A stretch of 64,000 bases of DNA from an uncultured Pseudomonadota bacterium (GCA_963770835.1 CAVYRH010000019.1:352001-416000); one strand, 5' to 3'; positions 1-10,365 are shown, counted from the first letter of the stretch. Numbers and translations are program-made. Notes: generated from the letters alone by a model not told the origin.

Positions 1-480
1 GTCCCCCTCCATGAAATCGGGGGCTTCCAGGCGAAAGTCCTTGGTCCATCGGATGGCTGTGGACAGGTCGACCTTTAGGTCTTTCTCAGCCTCCGCGGTG
101 AGGGTCTGGGACCCGCTGTCCGCGCTGAGGCCTTTACCCGGGAGATTCTTAGCGTGGAGGTGCACATGGGCGGTAAGGCTGTTACCGTTGAATTCCCATT
201 CCATGGGGTCCCACCAAACTGTGGCGCCCAAGCTCTTGGCCATGGATTTTTCCGCCTTGGCCAAATCTGTTTTAACCGCTTCCGCCAGGTGTTTCTCCAT
301 ATCAGAAAATTTTGGAAGGGGAATGACGACCGGGATGCGCAGCCGCGCGGCGGGAAGAGTGTTCAGACTGTGGTTGGGGGAGGGGCGGATCGGCACCCTC
401 AAAGAGGACGTCGTCACGCAACCGCCAACCAGGAGGGCCAGGGGCGTCATCAACAAAAGAAGGCGTTTTGGGAAAATCAT
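1..480 (-). CDS. Putative lipoprotein, partial (runs off window start); possibly DUF4403-like
   Basis: Not in the ORF track. Manual translation from ATG at 480 gives MIFPKRLLLLMTPLALLVGGC-VTTSSLRVP..., with a lipobox (LVGG-C), open to position 1; it starts 4 nt after the upstream stop. Confidence 0.7.
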   Translation of the reverse strand, partial: MIFPKRLLLLMTPLALLVGGCVTTSSLRVPIRPSPNHSLNTLPAARLRIPVVIPLPKFSDMEKHLAEAVKTDLAKAEKSMAKSLGATVWWDPMEWEFNGNSLTAHVHLHAKNLPGKGLSADSGSQTLTAEAEKDLKVDLSTAIRWTKDFRLEAPDFMEGD

Positions 481-484
481 GGGC

Positions 485-1021
485 TTATTTTACTTTCAAC
501 CCCGGCGGAGGGGCAATTTTCTTGGCTGTTTTGCCGAACCAGGTACTTCCCGGTTTACCCAGGTGTTTCATGACCTTCTCCACGTTCCGCTGAAGGGCTT
601 CAGCCCCCTTCAAGTGATTCAGGTAGCGGTTGAATTCCTTCCGGTGGGAAGGACCGAGCCTTTCGAAGACGGCCCTGGCCTTTGGGTCTTTTTTGAGCCG
701 CCGGGCCAGGGCCGAATTCATCGGCTCCACCCGGGGTGTGGTATCCAGCCTTAACTCGATCCGCACCCGGTCGCCCGTGTCCTTCCCAATGGCCTTGCGC
801 ATGATGCCGTGCAGGTAGAGCCGGTGATGCTGTCCTGGGGCGGCTTGGGTACGTTTGGCACCCAAGGGCATTAGGTTGGCCCGGAAGGGTTTCCCGTCGA
901 GGAGCACTTCCACCGGGATGACGCCCTTTTTCCCAAGCTTCATCCCTGTGCCCAGCGGCGGGTCCACGTAGGGATTGACGCCTTCCTTGCGAATGACGGC
1001 CGAAAAGGAGACCCGCTTCAT
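485..1021 (-). CDS. DUF1905 / YdeI-OmpD-associated family protein
   Basis: Motifs GVNPYVDPP...IPVEVLLDGKPFRANLMP...IGKDTGDRVRIEL and a C-terminal ARAVFERLGPSHRKEFNRYL; likely start MKRVSF at 1021 overlaps the upstream stop (ATGA). Confidence 0.75.
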   Translation of the reverse strand: MKRVSFSAVIRKEGVNPYVDPPLGTGMKLGKKGVIPVEVLLDGKPFRANLMPLGAKRTQAAPGQHHRLYLHGIMRKAIGKDTGDRVRIELRLDTTPRVEPMNSALARRLKKDPKARAVFERLGPSHRKEFNRYLNHLKGAEALQRNVEKVMKHLGKPGSTWFGKTAKKIAPPPGLKVK

Positions 1022-1566
1022 TTTCCTCGGATTTTCCATTCCGCGTAGCGCCGGCCCATCTGGGCCAAATGGCCGTCCAGGTGCGAAATGTTGTATGCCA
1101 TCATGAATCCAAAAGTAAGCATTCCCCATTCCGAATGCTTCACCTTATTGGTCCAAACTTTGGACGGCAGTCGTTTCACCAGGTCAGCGTTGGCTTTTCG
1201 CAAGAGCAATATCAAGGCCTTGGCTTGGTGGGGATCGAACTTTTTGTATAAAAGCCCCGTGCTCCACTTTTCCTGGTCATAGGCCGCTGCGACTTTTCCT
1301 GGTTCGGCCGCGGCCCGACGCAAGCGTACGTAAAGGTTCGCTTCCTGGTCCGCCAAGTGCCAGAGGACTTCCTTGATACACCAGTTCTTCGGAGTGGTGG
1401 TGAACCCCCACATTTTGATGGGATATTTCTCCAGGGCCTTTTCCAGGCGGTCCCCACCTTGCGCAAAGACCGCGATTTGCCGTTGCCGGCTCCAGCCCAT
1501 AACCATCTCTTTCGTGTAACCCGGCCCTTTCAGGGCCCATCCGGGAAGCATTGAACTTTTTTTCAT
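1018..1566 (-). CDS. DinB family protein
   Basis: WCIKEVLWHLAD, AYDQEKW and C-terminal HLDGHLAQ (DinB His triad). Confidence 0.8.
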   Translation of the reverse strand: MKKSSMLPGWALKGPGYTKEMVMGWSRQRQIAVFAQGGDRLEKALEKYPIKMWGFTTTPKNWCIKEVLWHLADQEANLYVRLRRAAAEPGKVAAAYDQEKWSTGLLYKKFDPHQAKALILLLRKANADLVKRLPSKVWTNKVKHSEWGMLTFGFMMAYNISHLDGHLAQMGRRYAEWKIRGK

Positions 1567-1606
1567 GGTTTTCCTTTCCCCAAGAATTCGGAAAGCAGTT
1601 TAAACG

Positions 1607-1636
1607 AAAAAAGGCGGGCCTTTAAGCCCGCCTTTT
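1607..1636. terminator. Intrinsic terminator, bidirectional-type hairpin
   Basis: AAAAGGCGGGC-CTTTAA-GCCCGCCTTTT; on the minus strand the stem is followed by a T6 run, downstream of the NmrA-like gene. Confidence 0.8.
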
Positions 1637-1661
1637 AAAAAATCCCAAGGGATGGGACGCC

Positions 1662-2561
1662 TTACCCCTGGCTGTAAACTCCTGCGAAACCCTTCGCGAA
1701 TTCCTCGATCGTGGTCTTACCCCGGTGGTCGGTGGTGAACTCCTGCGTCGGGTGGATTTTTCCCTCGTTACCAGCCCGGTACATTTCCAGCATCAGGTCC
1801 GTCATTTGAAGCGTCATGCCACTTTGCAGAATCCCTTTTTTCACTTCCTCGTAAGAAAACCGGACGTATTTAAGTTCGGGCTTTCCGATAGCCTTCCCCA
1901 GCGCGGCGGTGACCTCAATGAGAGTGTATTCCCGGGGGCCTGTGAACTCGAAAATCGAATGGCCTTTGAAGTTTCCCTGATCCAGGAATTCAGCCGCCTT
2001 GGCGCCGATATCCTGGGTAGCGACTATAGGCATGGCGTAGTCCCCCGGAAATGCCGAACCGTTGACCGCCATGGATTTGATCACGGGAATGGAAAAGAAC
2101 TGGTTTTCCATGAAGGACGTCGGGCGCAGGTGAAGGATGTTGGCGCCGGAAAGCTTGTTCAAGCGCTGTTCTTGGCGGTAGAGGCCGGTGATGGGGCCCG
2201 TGCCCTGGGGTTCGCTGGCACCCACAGAGCTGAGGTCCACGACCAATTTCACTCCCGCCTCCAACAGGGCCTTGACCGTGGCTTCCCCGCATTGGTCCTG
2301 GTGGGCTGGAAAATCGGGCGCCCCGTAGTTGGGCGGGATGAGGGTGAAAACCCCCTCCGCGCCCTGGAAGGCCAAAGCCAGGGCCTTTGCGTCATCGAAG
2401 GCCAGCGAAAGGGTCTCGGCGCCCTTCGCCTTCAATGCCGAAAGCTTTTTCGCGTCCCGGCCAATGGCCCGCACCGTGTGGCCTTTCTCCAAAAGTTTTT
2501 CCGTCAGGACATGGCCGATGTTGCCGGTGGCTCCCATGATGGCGTAGGTTTTCTTCGACAT
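1662..2561 (-). CDS. NmrA-family NAD(P)H-binding protein
   Basis: N-terminal GATGNIG Rossmann motif, LRPTSFMEN, IATQDIG; GGAGG RBS upstream. Confidence 0.85.
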   Translation of the reverse strand: MSKKTYAIMGATGNIGHVLTEKLLEKGHTVRAIGRDAKKLSALKAKGAETLSLAFDDAKALALAFQGAEGVFTLIPPNYGAPDFPAHQDQCGEATVKALLEAGVKLVVDLSSVGASEPQGTGPITGLYRQEQRLNKLSGANILHLRPTSFMENQFFSIPVIKSMAVNGSAFPGDYAMPIVATQDIGAKAAEFLDQGNFKGHSIFEFTGPREYTLIEVTAALGKAIGKPELKYVRFSYEEVKKGILQSGMTLQMTDLMLEMYRAGNEGKIHPTQEFTTDHRGKTTIEEFAKGFAGVYSQG

Positions 2562-2713
2562 AAATACCTCCTGGATTTGATCAGACCACTGTGAGGGGGA
2601 GAGGGGGATATATCAAGACGGGTTGGAAATAAGCGCGTTACTATCCAGTAACCGAGGGATGTAGAAACAAAAAAGACAGACCTTGACGGGCCCGCCTTGT
2701 CGTTAACAAAAGA

Positions 2714-4518
2714 TTAATCCAAATAACCCTTCAGTTTCCGGCTGCGCGAAGGATGGCGCAGTTTCCGAAGGGCCTTTGCCTCGATTTGTCGCACGCGCTC
2801 GCGGGTAACCTTGAAGGTGTTGCCCACTTCTTCCAGGGTATGCGGGTAGCCGTCATTCAGGCCGAAGCGCAGTCGTAGGACCTCCGCCTCCCTTTCCTTG
2901 AGGGTCCCCAAAACCTTGGAGATTTGCTCCTGGAGCAGCACGAAAGCCGCTGCGTTGGCGGGTGAGATAACGTCCTTGTCCTCGATGAAATCGCCCAAAT
3001 GGCTATCTTTTTCCTCACCGATGGGGGTTTCCAACGAGATGGGCTCCTGGGCGATCTTGAGGATGGCCCGGACCTTCTCCACCGGCATTTCCAGCCGCTC
3101 AGCGATCTCGTCCGCCATGGGCTCACGTCCCAGCTCCTGCACGAGGTCGCGGGAGACCTTGATGGACTTGTTGATGGTCTCGATCATGTGCACCGGGATG
3201 CGGATAGTGCGGGCCTGGTCCGCGATGGCGCGGGTGATGGCCTGCCGAATCCACCAGGTGGCGTAGGTGGAAAACTTGTAGCCCCGGCGGTACTCGAATT
3301 TCTCAACCGCCCGCATGAGGCCGATGTTGCCTTCCTGGATCAGGTCGAGGAATGGCAGGCCGCGGTTAGTGTACTTCTTGGCGATGGAAATGACGAGCCG
3401 CAGGTTGGCTTCCACCAGTTCCATGCGGGCCTGGTAGGCCTCGCGCTCGCCCACGCGGATGTTGCGCATGAGGACCTTCATGTGGTCCCGCCCGGCCATG
3501 GTGTCTTTTTCCAGCTTCTTGATGTTGCGGCGCGCCTCATCCCACAAACGGGTGGCTTTCTGGAAATCCTCGCCCTTCAAGACGCTTCTCTTTTCCAGGG
3601 GTTTCAGGTCGACATGGCCGCCGTGTTTCAGCAGGCTGGGCAGCTTGATATAGGCCTCGGGGGTGAGCTTTATCTGTTTTTCCTGCACGTGCATCACGTG
3701 CTCCTGCTCCTCAATGTTTTCGCCCTGCTCCCGCAGGCGTCCAATGAGCCGTTCCTTCACTTTTTTCTGGAACTGGCAGTCCTTCACCAGCCAGATGAGG
3801 TCGATCAGTTTGCCGTCCAAGATTTCGGCCAATTGCTTGCGCTTTTCCAGGGGCACCGACCTCAAGCCCACCTTGTGTTGCAGGGCTTTGATCTGTCGCT
3901 CCATCACCTTGAGCTTGGCGTGGTTCTTCCGGATTTTGGTGTAGATTTGCTTTTCAGGAACGCCGCCGGGCAGGTCCGCGTAGGGGTCCAGGTCGATGGT
4001 TTCCTGGAGGGTCTTCTTTTTCTTCAGGATGTTGGTAAAAAGGTCGTGCAGCAACTGGAATCCCAGGGCGCTTCCCAGGACGGCTTTTTCTACCTTGAAC
4101 TCGCCCGCCTCGATGCGCTTGGCGATGGAGATCTCTTCCTCGCGGGTCAGCAATGGGATGCGGCCCATCTCGTGCAGGTACATCTTGACCGGGTCGCCCA
4201 TGCGGGTTTCCACGCCTGCGGTCTCGAAGGTCTTCTCGAACTCCTCGCTCTCGTCCTCTTCGTCGTCCTTGACGATGGCGCCGGGAGCCTCGCCCCCGCT
4301 TCCTTGTCCTCATCCGGGATGGTGGCGGCCTTTTCTTCCTGGTCCACGATCTTGATGTCGTTTTCGCCCAGCATCAGGAGGATGTCGTCGATCTCCTCGG
4401 AGGACACAACCTCTTCGGGCAGGATGTCGTTCACCTGTTTGTAGGTGATGTAGCCTTTTTCCTTGCCCACCTCGAGGATCTTGGTGACGTGTTCCTTGGC
4501 TTTGGTTGCTGGCTTCAT
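2714..4518 (-). CDS. rpoD: RNA polymerase primary sigma factor RpoD (split by a 1-nt frameshift at the C5 run 4293-4297)
   Basis: ORF 4147-4518 encodes region 1.1 ([17 protein letters not shown]); ORF 2714-4213 encodes regions 1.2-4 ([37 protein letters not shown]). Adding one base joins them through an acidic linker into about 601 aa. Confidence 0.95.
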
Positions 4519-6311
4519 TTGGTTTCCACCTCTTGTGAGTATTGCCGCTTCAGCAGGACCATCTGCTGGGCCAACGACAGGGCCTGTTCGACCTCACCGG
4601 CTTTCTCGGCTTCCGATTGCCGGGCCTTGATTTCCGCCAATTGGTTCCTCAAGTGGCGTTTTTTGAGCGCCGAGGCCAGGTCGATCAACATGGCCTCGCG
4701 GTGCTTCTTTTCCGTTTGGTTCTCGATGCGGAGGAAGGATGGTTCCAATTCGGGAACCTGGTTCAACTCCTCCGCCTTCATCTCCCCCGCGCTGAGGCGC
4801 TCGAACAGTCGCCGGAAGTCTTCCTTCTGGAAAACCTCGGGTGACAGTTCGTTGACCGCCCAGGGGATAAATTCCCCCTTTTCCTCCACCAGGAGGGCCA
4901 AAAAATCCGCCTCCATCTGCAAATCGTTGGCATTTTCCTTCTTTGTCGCCGGCAATACTGGGCCACCGGAAGGAGCCCCTTCGCCACCCGTCACAGAAGG
5001 TCTTCGTACGCCCTTTTTGCGCTCCGCGTTCACGATTCCAATCAAATCCCGGGCCGTCAACCCAAGTTCCGATTCCACGGTGGCGCAGGCTGTCTGCACC
5101 GAAATTTCGTTCGGTATCTGTAAAATCATGGGCACAAAACCCTGCAACGACTTCAGTCTCTCCTCAATCGGCGCGCCCTGGAACCTTCTCTTTACCGATT
5201 GCGCCCACCACCGGAAAAAATCCGGGGATTTTTGAATCAACGCCTCGAAATCGTCCTTCGAGTGCTTCGTTAAATACTCGTCCGGATCCTTGGCGTCCGG
5301 CATGACGAGCACGCGGATGTTCAACCCGGCCTGGATCAGCGGTTCAAAGCCCCTCAAGACCGCAGCCTGGCCCGCCGTATCGGCGTCGTAGGAAAAAACC
5401 ACTTCCTTCGTATAACGGGACAAGACCCTTCCATGTTGGGACGTCAACGCCGTTCCTAAAGTAGCGACGGTATTCTCAAAGCCGAAATGATGGAGAGCCA
5501 AGGCGTCGAAGTAACCTTCCACCACTAGCACATAATTGCGCTGCCGGATGGCCTCCCGGGCCATATCCAGCAGGTAAAGACATTCGCTTTTCTTGAAAAG
5601 TAGGGTTTCTGGCGAGTTGAGGTATTTGGGTCCTGATTCGTCGCTTAATGTCCTGCCGCCAAAGGCGATGATTTTATCATAGTTATTTTTAACGGGAAAG
5701 ATCAGGCGGTTCCTAAATTTATCGTAATAACTGTTTTTTTCCTCGTTGTGGACAACGAGTCCGGCGGCCAGGAGTTCCTCCTGGGAAAAACCTGCTTTTT
5801 GAACCGCGTTTTTTAGGAAATCCCAGCCTGCCGGGGCGAAGCCGATCTGGTACTTTACGGCGTCTTCCTTGGCGAACCCCCGGCCCTTGAAATATTCCCG
5901 GGCGGCTTGGCCTTCGGCCGAGAGCAGCCTTTCGTGAAAGAACTTTCCGGCGAACTCGTTTAATTCCTGCATCCGCTCCCGAACCCGGTCGGTTTCCTGA
6001 TCCCTTTGGTTTTCCTGGGGTTTGGGAAGAACAATCCCCGCCTTGTCCGCCAAGAGACGGAGGGCTTCAGGGAAGGGCATTTTCTCCATTTCCATGATGA
6101 AGGTGATGACGTTGCCGCCCTTGCCGCAGCCGAAGCAGTGGAAGCCGTTTCGGGTGGGCGACACCATGAAGCTGGGGGATTTTTCGTTGTGGAAGGGGCA
6201 GATGCCCTTGTAGCTGGACCCGGCTTTTTTAAGGGGTACATATTCGCCGATGACTGACACGATGTCGGTGGCGTCCTTGACCCGCTGGATAATTTCGTCG
6301 CTATATTTCAT
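4515..6311 (-). CDS. dnaG: DNA primase
   Basis: CHC2 zinc finger (CPFHNEKSPSF...CFGC), PKYLNSPET, TOPRIM VEGYFD and YDADTAG. Confidence 0.97.
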   Translation of the reverse strand: MKYSDEIIQRVKDATDIVSVIGEYVPLKKAGSSYKGICPFHNEKSPSFMVSPTRNGFHCFGCGKGGNVITFIMEMEKMPFPEALRLLADKAGIVLPKPQENQRDQETDRVRERMQELNEFAGKFFHERLLSAEGQAAREYFKGRGFAKEDAVKYQIGFAPAGWDFLKNAVQKAGFSQEELLAAGLVVHNEEKNSYYDKFRNRLIFPVKNNYDKIIAFGGRTLSDESGPKYLNSPETLLFKKSECLYLLDMAREAIRQRNYVLVVEGYFDALALHHFGFENTVATLGTALTSQHGRVLSRYTKEVVFSYDADTAGQAAVLRGFEPLIQAGLNIRVLVMPDAKDPDEYLTKHSKDDFEALIQKSPDFFRWWAQSVKRRFQGAPIEERLKSLQGFVPMILQIPNEISVQTACATVESELGLTARDLIGIVNAERKKGVRRPSVTGGEGAPSGGPVLPATKKENANDLQMEADFLALLVEEKGEFIPWAVNELSPEVFQKEDFRRLFERLSAGEMKAEELNQVPELEPSFLRIENQTEKKHREAMLIDLASALKKRHLRNQLAEIKARQSEAEKAGEVEQALSLAQQMVLLKRQYSQEVETK

Positions 6312-6336
6312 AAAGCCCCGAAGTTAAACTGAACGG

Positions 6337-8727
6337 CTATTTCTTGAATTTTATCACCGTCGCACCGGCCCCGCCCTGGGCCTGCTCGGCCAGCGCGAAT
6401 TCCACGCCCGGATGGCTGGCGGGCAGGTGTTTATGAATGGCTTCTTTCAATGCTCCCGTGCCTTTCCCGTGAATAATACGCACAAAAGGCAGGTTGACCA
6501 GGAGGGCATCATCTAGGAATTTGTCCAACATCTGCAAGGCCTGGTCCACCATTTTGCCCCTTAAATCCAGCTCCAGCTTCCCCATTTCATCCAAAGACTT
6601 GGCGCTTAAAACACCGGTGGTTTGCGGCCGGGCAACCGGCTTGGGGGCCGCCGTCACCCGCCCCAAATCGGAATATTTGCAGGAAAGTTTCATCCCGTTT
6701 TCCATGAGGATCACCGCTTCGCCCTTTTCCTCGTCAGCGGAAAGGATTTTTACGTCGCATTGGCCGGTCTTGAAGAAAACCGAATCTCCCTCCTTTAAGT
6801 CTTGGACCTCGACGATAACCCGGGCCGGGGCCGGCTTGATGTTCCGGAGTTTTTGGTTCACTTCCTGCCGGGCGGCGTTGATTTTTTGGGGATTGATGAC
6901 TTTACCGCTCGGCGTCTCGACCCCCTGGATCAGGTGTTCCATCTTGCGGCGGGTGTTTTTCAGAAGGCCTTCGGCCTCGACCTGGGCTTCTTTTTTAATG
7001 CGGCGGGCTTCATCCTTCATCTGGCGCCGGGCGGCCAAAAGTTCCTGCTCCAGCTTTTTCGTGTTTTCGCGGATTTTTTCCGCTTCCTGCCGGGCCGTTT
7101 CCGCCGCCTGCTTCTCCTGGCCCAACTTAGCGAGCATTTCGGACAAGTCGGCCTCGCCCTGGGGCAGGTGCGCCTTCGCTTTTTCCAATATCTCCTCGCT
7201 GAACCCGAACTGCCGGGCCAGGGTCAGGGCATAGGACTGGCCCGGAATGCCCGAAACCATCTGGAAGGTGGGCTTACCTGTTTTTTCGTCGAACAGCATA
7301 GCCGCGTTGGCCATCCCCTTTTCCTCCTGCGTCAGGAGTTTTAAAAGCGGCTGATGGGTGTTCGCCAAAACCAGCGCTCCCTTTTCCCGGAAGGTTTCCA
7401 GGCAGGCGATGCCCAGGGCCCCGCCTTCGCGGGGGTCTGTGCCCGCACCCAGTTCGTCCAAAAGGAAAAGGGTTTCGGGGCCGCAATGGTCCATCATGCG
7501 CTTCAAGGCCTTTAGTTTGGCCGCGTAGGTGCTCAAGTGGTCGGCGAGGCTTTGGCCGTCCTCCAAGTCGGAGTCGAAATGGGAAAGCCGGGGAACGATG
7601 CTTTCTCCCCGCGCCAAAACCGGAAGACCGGCCTGGGCCATGGCGCAAGAGAGCCCCAGGGTCTTCAGGGCCACGGTTTTTCCGCCCGCGTTGGGCCCGG
7701 ACACCAGGATGACCTTGACCCCTTCCTTGAATTCGACGTCCAGGGGAATCACCTTTTCGCGAAAATGATCCCGGTTTTCCAGGGCCAGGAGGGGATGCCG
7801 GGCGCCCTTCAGGGACAGCGCGGGGCCCTCTTGGGGTTGAAGAAATTGGCCGTCGTAACGGGAAGCGAAAACCGCCAGTACCCCATGGGCGTCCACCTCG
7901 GCGCAAGCGATGAAGAGGGCCTCGAGCGAATCACCCGAGGCCAAGATGGTTTGCGTGGTTTCCCGGAGAATCCTCCGGATTTCCTCGTCTTCCCGTAGGA
8001 GAGCTTCCTTGACCCGGTTGTTGCTCTCGACGATCTCGTTGGGCTCCACAAAAAGGGTCGATCCCGAAGACGACATCCCGTGGACAAAACCCGGAACCTG
8101 GCTTTGGCGGTCCCGCTTGACGGGAACCACAAGCCGCCCTTCCCTTTCCGTCACGATTTTTTCCTGGAGCGCTTCGGTCGAGGCCTCTTTTTGAAGGAAG
8201 GACTGGTAAAAATCCTGGACCTCGGTCCGAAGGGCCTTGATTTGTTCCCGGGCGCTTTTGAGTTCGGGAGAAGCCGAATCCAACAACTCGCCTTTATCGG
8301 AAACGATGGATTTCAGCGTTTCCAGTAGTTCCGGAAGGGCGTGAAGGCGCCCCAACCATTCCTGGAAAACCACCGGGATTTCCCCTTCGGGCGTCAGGTA
8401 TTGGCGCAAACGGACGACGGCCGAAAGGAATTGGGCCAAGGAAGCCAGCTCCCCGGCCGAAAAGGCTTCCCCTTTGGAGCGGGCCGACTCGAAGGCGTCA
8501 ATGAAGAACTGGGAATCGGGAATCACAGGGTCCCCGACTTTTAAAAGGTGTTTTTCCAGTTCACGGGTCTTGGAAAGCCGGTTTTCGATGAGGGCGGGGT
8601 CTACCAGGGGTTCAAGGGCTTTCAGGTAATCCCGCCCGGCGGGAGTCTGGCAATGGCTGGCCAGCTCCGCCAAGAGTTTTGGATACTCGACAGCCCGGAG
8701 GAAATTTTCAATGATTTCGTTGTTCAA
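6337..8727 (-). CDS. mutS2: Endonuclease MutS2
   Basis: Walker A GPNAGGKT, LLDELGAGTDP, coiled coil, C-terminal Smr domain (LDLRGK...IIHGKGTGAL). Confidence 0.95.
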   Translation of the reverse strand: MNNEIIENFLRAVEYPKLLAELASHCQTPAGRDYLKALEPLVDPALIENRLSKTRELEKHLLKVGDPVIPDSQFFIDAFESARSKGEAFSAGELASLAQFLSAVVRLRQYLTPEGEIPVVFQEWLGRLHALPELLETLKSIVSDKGELLDSASPELKSAREQIKALRTEVQDFYQSFLQKEASTEALQEKIVTEREGRLVVPVKRDRQSQVPGFVHGMSSSGSTLFVEPNEIVESNNRVKEALLREDEEIRRILRETTQTILASGDSLEALFIACAEVDAHGVLAVFASRYDGQFLQPQEGPALSLKGARHPLLALENRDHFREKVIPLDVEFKEGVKVILVSGPNAGGKTVALKTLGLSCAMAQAGLPVLARGESIVPRLSHFDSDLEDGQSLADHLSTYAAKLKALKRMMDHCGPETLFLLDELGAGTDPREGGALGIACLETFREKGALVLANTHQPLLKLLTQEEKGMANAAMLFDEKTGKPTFQMVSGIPGQSYALTLARQFGFSEEILEKAKAHLPQGEADLSEMLAKLGQEKQAAETARQEAEKIRENTKKLEQELLAARRQMKDEARRIKKEAQVEAEGLLKNTRRKMEHLIQGVETPSGKVINPQKINAARQEVNQKLRNIKPAPARVIVEVQDLKEGDSVFFKTGQCDVKILSADEEKGEAVILMENGMKLSCKYSDLGRVTAAPKPVARPQTTGVLSAKSLDEMGKLELDLRGKMVDQALQMLDKFLDDALLVNLPFVRIIHGKGTGALKEAIHKHLPASHPGVEFALAEQAQGGAGATVIKFKK

Positions 8728-9355
8728 GTAAAACCCCTTTAAGTTTTTTTTTCATTCCCGGCGAGGGCCGGTCCGCGCCGGGTTTCACCGAAAGATAAGG
8801 ATTCCCCTTGAGGTAAAACCTCAGCGGCAGCTCCGAACCTTCCGTGATGCCGATACGCGTGGTGACTCCAACCGGTTCTTTTCGTTTTGCAGTTTCCAGA
8901 TAAACCGGCTTTTTCCAAAGCGGAATACAGTTATGTTGTTGGATAATCCCCAGGGCCTGCACCAACTTACCGGGGCCGTTGGTGAGCCTCAGGTCTCCCG
9001 CCTTGAAGGGGCCCCGGCGTTCAGCCATGAGCCCGGAGCCTTCCACCGGTTCCAGGGCCCGTATCAAAACCGCGCCCGGAGTTCCGTCTTTCTCGGTGAC
9101 GACGTTGAACAGGTAATGGTTGCCGTAGCAAAAATAAACGTAGGCATGGCCGGGGGGACCGAATATCACCTGGTTGCGGGGGGTCATTCCCCGGGCGGCG
9201 TGGCAGCCCGGGTCGTTTTTGGGAAGATAAGCCTCAACTTCAACGATGCGGCCGGAGGCGGCGCCTTGGGGAGTTTGGTGGACCAGGATTTGGCCTAAAA
9301 GGTCCCTGGCGACTTGGCGGGTAGGACGGGAATAAAAAGATTGTTGAAGGATCAT
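8708..9355 (-). CDS. mpg: DNA-3-methyladenine glycosylase (MPG/AAG family)
   Basis: GRIVEVEAY, GHAYVYFCYG, AVLIRALEP, NGPGKL, TTRIGI; likely start MILQQSFY. Confidence 0.92.
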   Translation of the reverse strand: MILQQSFYSRPTRQVARDLLGQILVHQTPQGAASGRIVEVEAYLPKNDPGCHAARGMTPRNQVIFGPPGHAYVYFCYGNHYLFNVVTEKDGTPGAVLIRALEPVEGSGLMAERRGPFKAGDLRLTNGPGKLVQALGIIQQHNCIPLWKKPVYLETAKRKEPVGVTTRIGITEGSELPLRFYLKGNPYLSVKPGADRPSPGMKKKLKGVLLEQRNH

Positions 9356-9435
9356 CAATTCTCTCGATGGGACGGTCTTATCCAGAACCAACCCGGTGTT
9401 ATCTCCGCGGGAGTACCGCGAATTTCAGCTCTTCC

Positions 9436-9888
9436 TCAGCCCAGTTTGGCCTTCACCAGTCCACTGACCTTGCCCATGTCGGCCCGGCCTTTGATTTTCG
9501 GCGTCAAGGCACCCATCACCTTGCCCATATCCTTGGGGCCCGCCGCGCCGGTGGACTTGATGGCTTCCTCGATCAGGTTTGTCAGTTCCTCGTCGCCCAG
9601 GGAGGCGGGAAGGTATCCCTCGATCAGGGCCAGTTCGGCCTTTTCCTTGGCCGCCATTTCCGCCCGGTTTCCCTTTTCAAACCCATCGATGGATTCCTTG
9701 CGTTGTTTGGCCTGCTTGGAAAGCACTTCGACGACTTCCTCGTCCTTGATCTCGCGCTTCAAGTCTACTTCCTTGTATTTGATGGCGGACTTCAACATGC
9801 GGAGGGCGGACGTGGCGGCCTCATTCTTGGCTTTCATGGCCGAAATCATGTCGGCGTTGATCTTGTCGAAAAGGGGGGATGCGCTCAT
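9436..9888 (-). CDS. yqeY: GatB/YqeY domain protein
   Basis: AMKAK...LRMLKSAI...KQRKESI...YLP...KDMGKVMG; immediately downstream of rpsU. Confidence 0.92.
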   Translation of the reverse strand: MSASPLFDKINADMISAMKAKNEAATSALRMLKSAIKYKEVDLKREIKDEEVVEVLSKQAKQRKESIDGFEKGNRAEMAAKEKAELALIEGYLPASLGDEELTNLIEEAIKSTGAAGPKDMGKVMGALTPKIKGRADMGKVSGLVKAKLG

Positions 9889-9927
9889 GGTTCCTCCGGG
9901 GTTCGAAGTAAGGCGGAAAGGGGACGG

Positions 9928-9965
9928 AAAACAAAAGAAGCCCGCGCTTAAAGGCCGCGGGCTCC
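9928..9965 (-). terminator. Intrinsic terminator after rpsU
   Basis: Minus strand GGAGCCCGCGGCCTTTAAGCGCGGGCTTC followed by TTTTGTTTT. Confidence 0.75.
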
Positions 9966-9978
9966 CAGTGGTTTAAAA

Positions 9979-10188
9979 CTATTCTCGGCTGAACTTCATT
10001 TGGCGGCGGCGCGCCTTTTTGCGGGCGGCGGCCTCGCGCTTTTTACGGCGCTCGCTGGGCTTCTCGTAAAATTCGCGTTTCTTCATTTCCGAGATCAGCC
10101 CCGAGTTCTGGACAACCTTCTTGAAACGCTTGAGGGCGTTTTCAATCGGTTCATTTTCTTCCAATCGGACTTCGACCACTGTGGTCAC
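9979..10188 (-). CDS. rpsU: 30S ribosomal protein S21
   Basis: ENEPIENALKRFKK...KKREFYEKPSERRKKR. Confidence 0.97.
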   Translation of the reverse strand: MTTVVEVRLEENEPIENALKRFKKVVQNSGLISEMKKREFYEKPSERRKKREAAARKKARRRQMKFSRE

Positions 10189-10365
10189 TCTCCCCTCTAT
10201 GGGTGGAATGGAAACTCCCCGAGGCCCGAAGGCACCAGGGAGGAGGAGTTTAATGCTTGGAGCGGTCCGCCGTCAAGCAATGGGGAAACCATATTTAGAA
10301 GCTCTTAAAGGAGTAATCCCATGATTTAGGCGGTTTTGGATGGAAGATGTTGCGATGGAACCTTT

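Noticed and set aside
2999..4444. Long plus-strand ORFs antisense to core genes (also 11-754, 1725-2594, 20733-21518, 47487-48305)
   Set aside because: These are shadow ORFs typical of GC-rich coding DNA and have no recognisable motifs.
4147..4518. rpoD pseudogene or programmed frameshift
   Set aside because: There is a single lesion in a homopolymer, no other decay and no canonical slippery heptamer; a sequencing error is more parsimonious.
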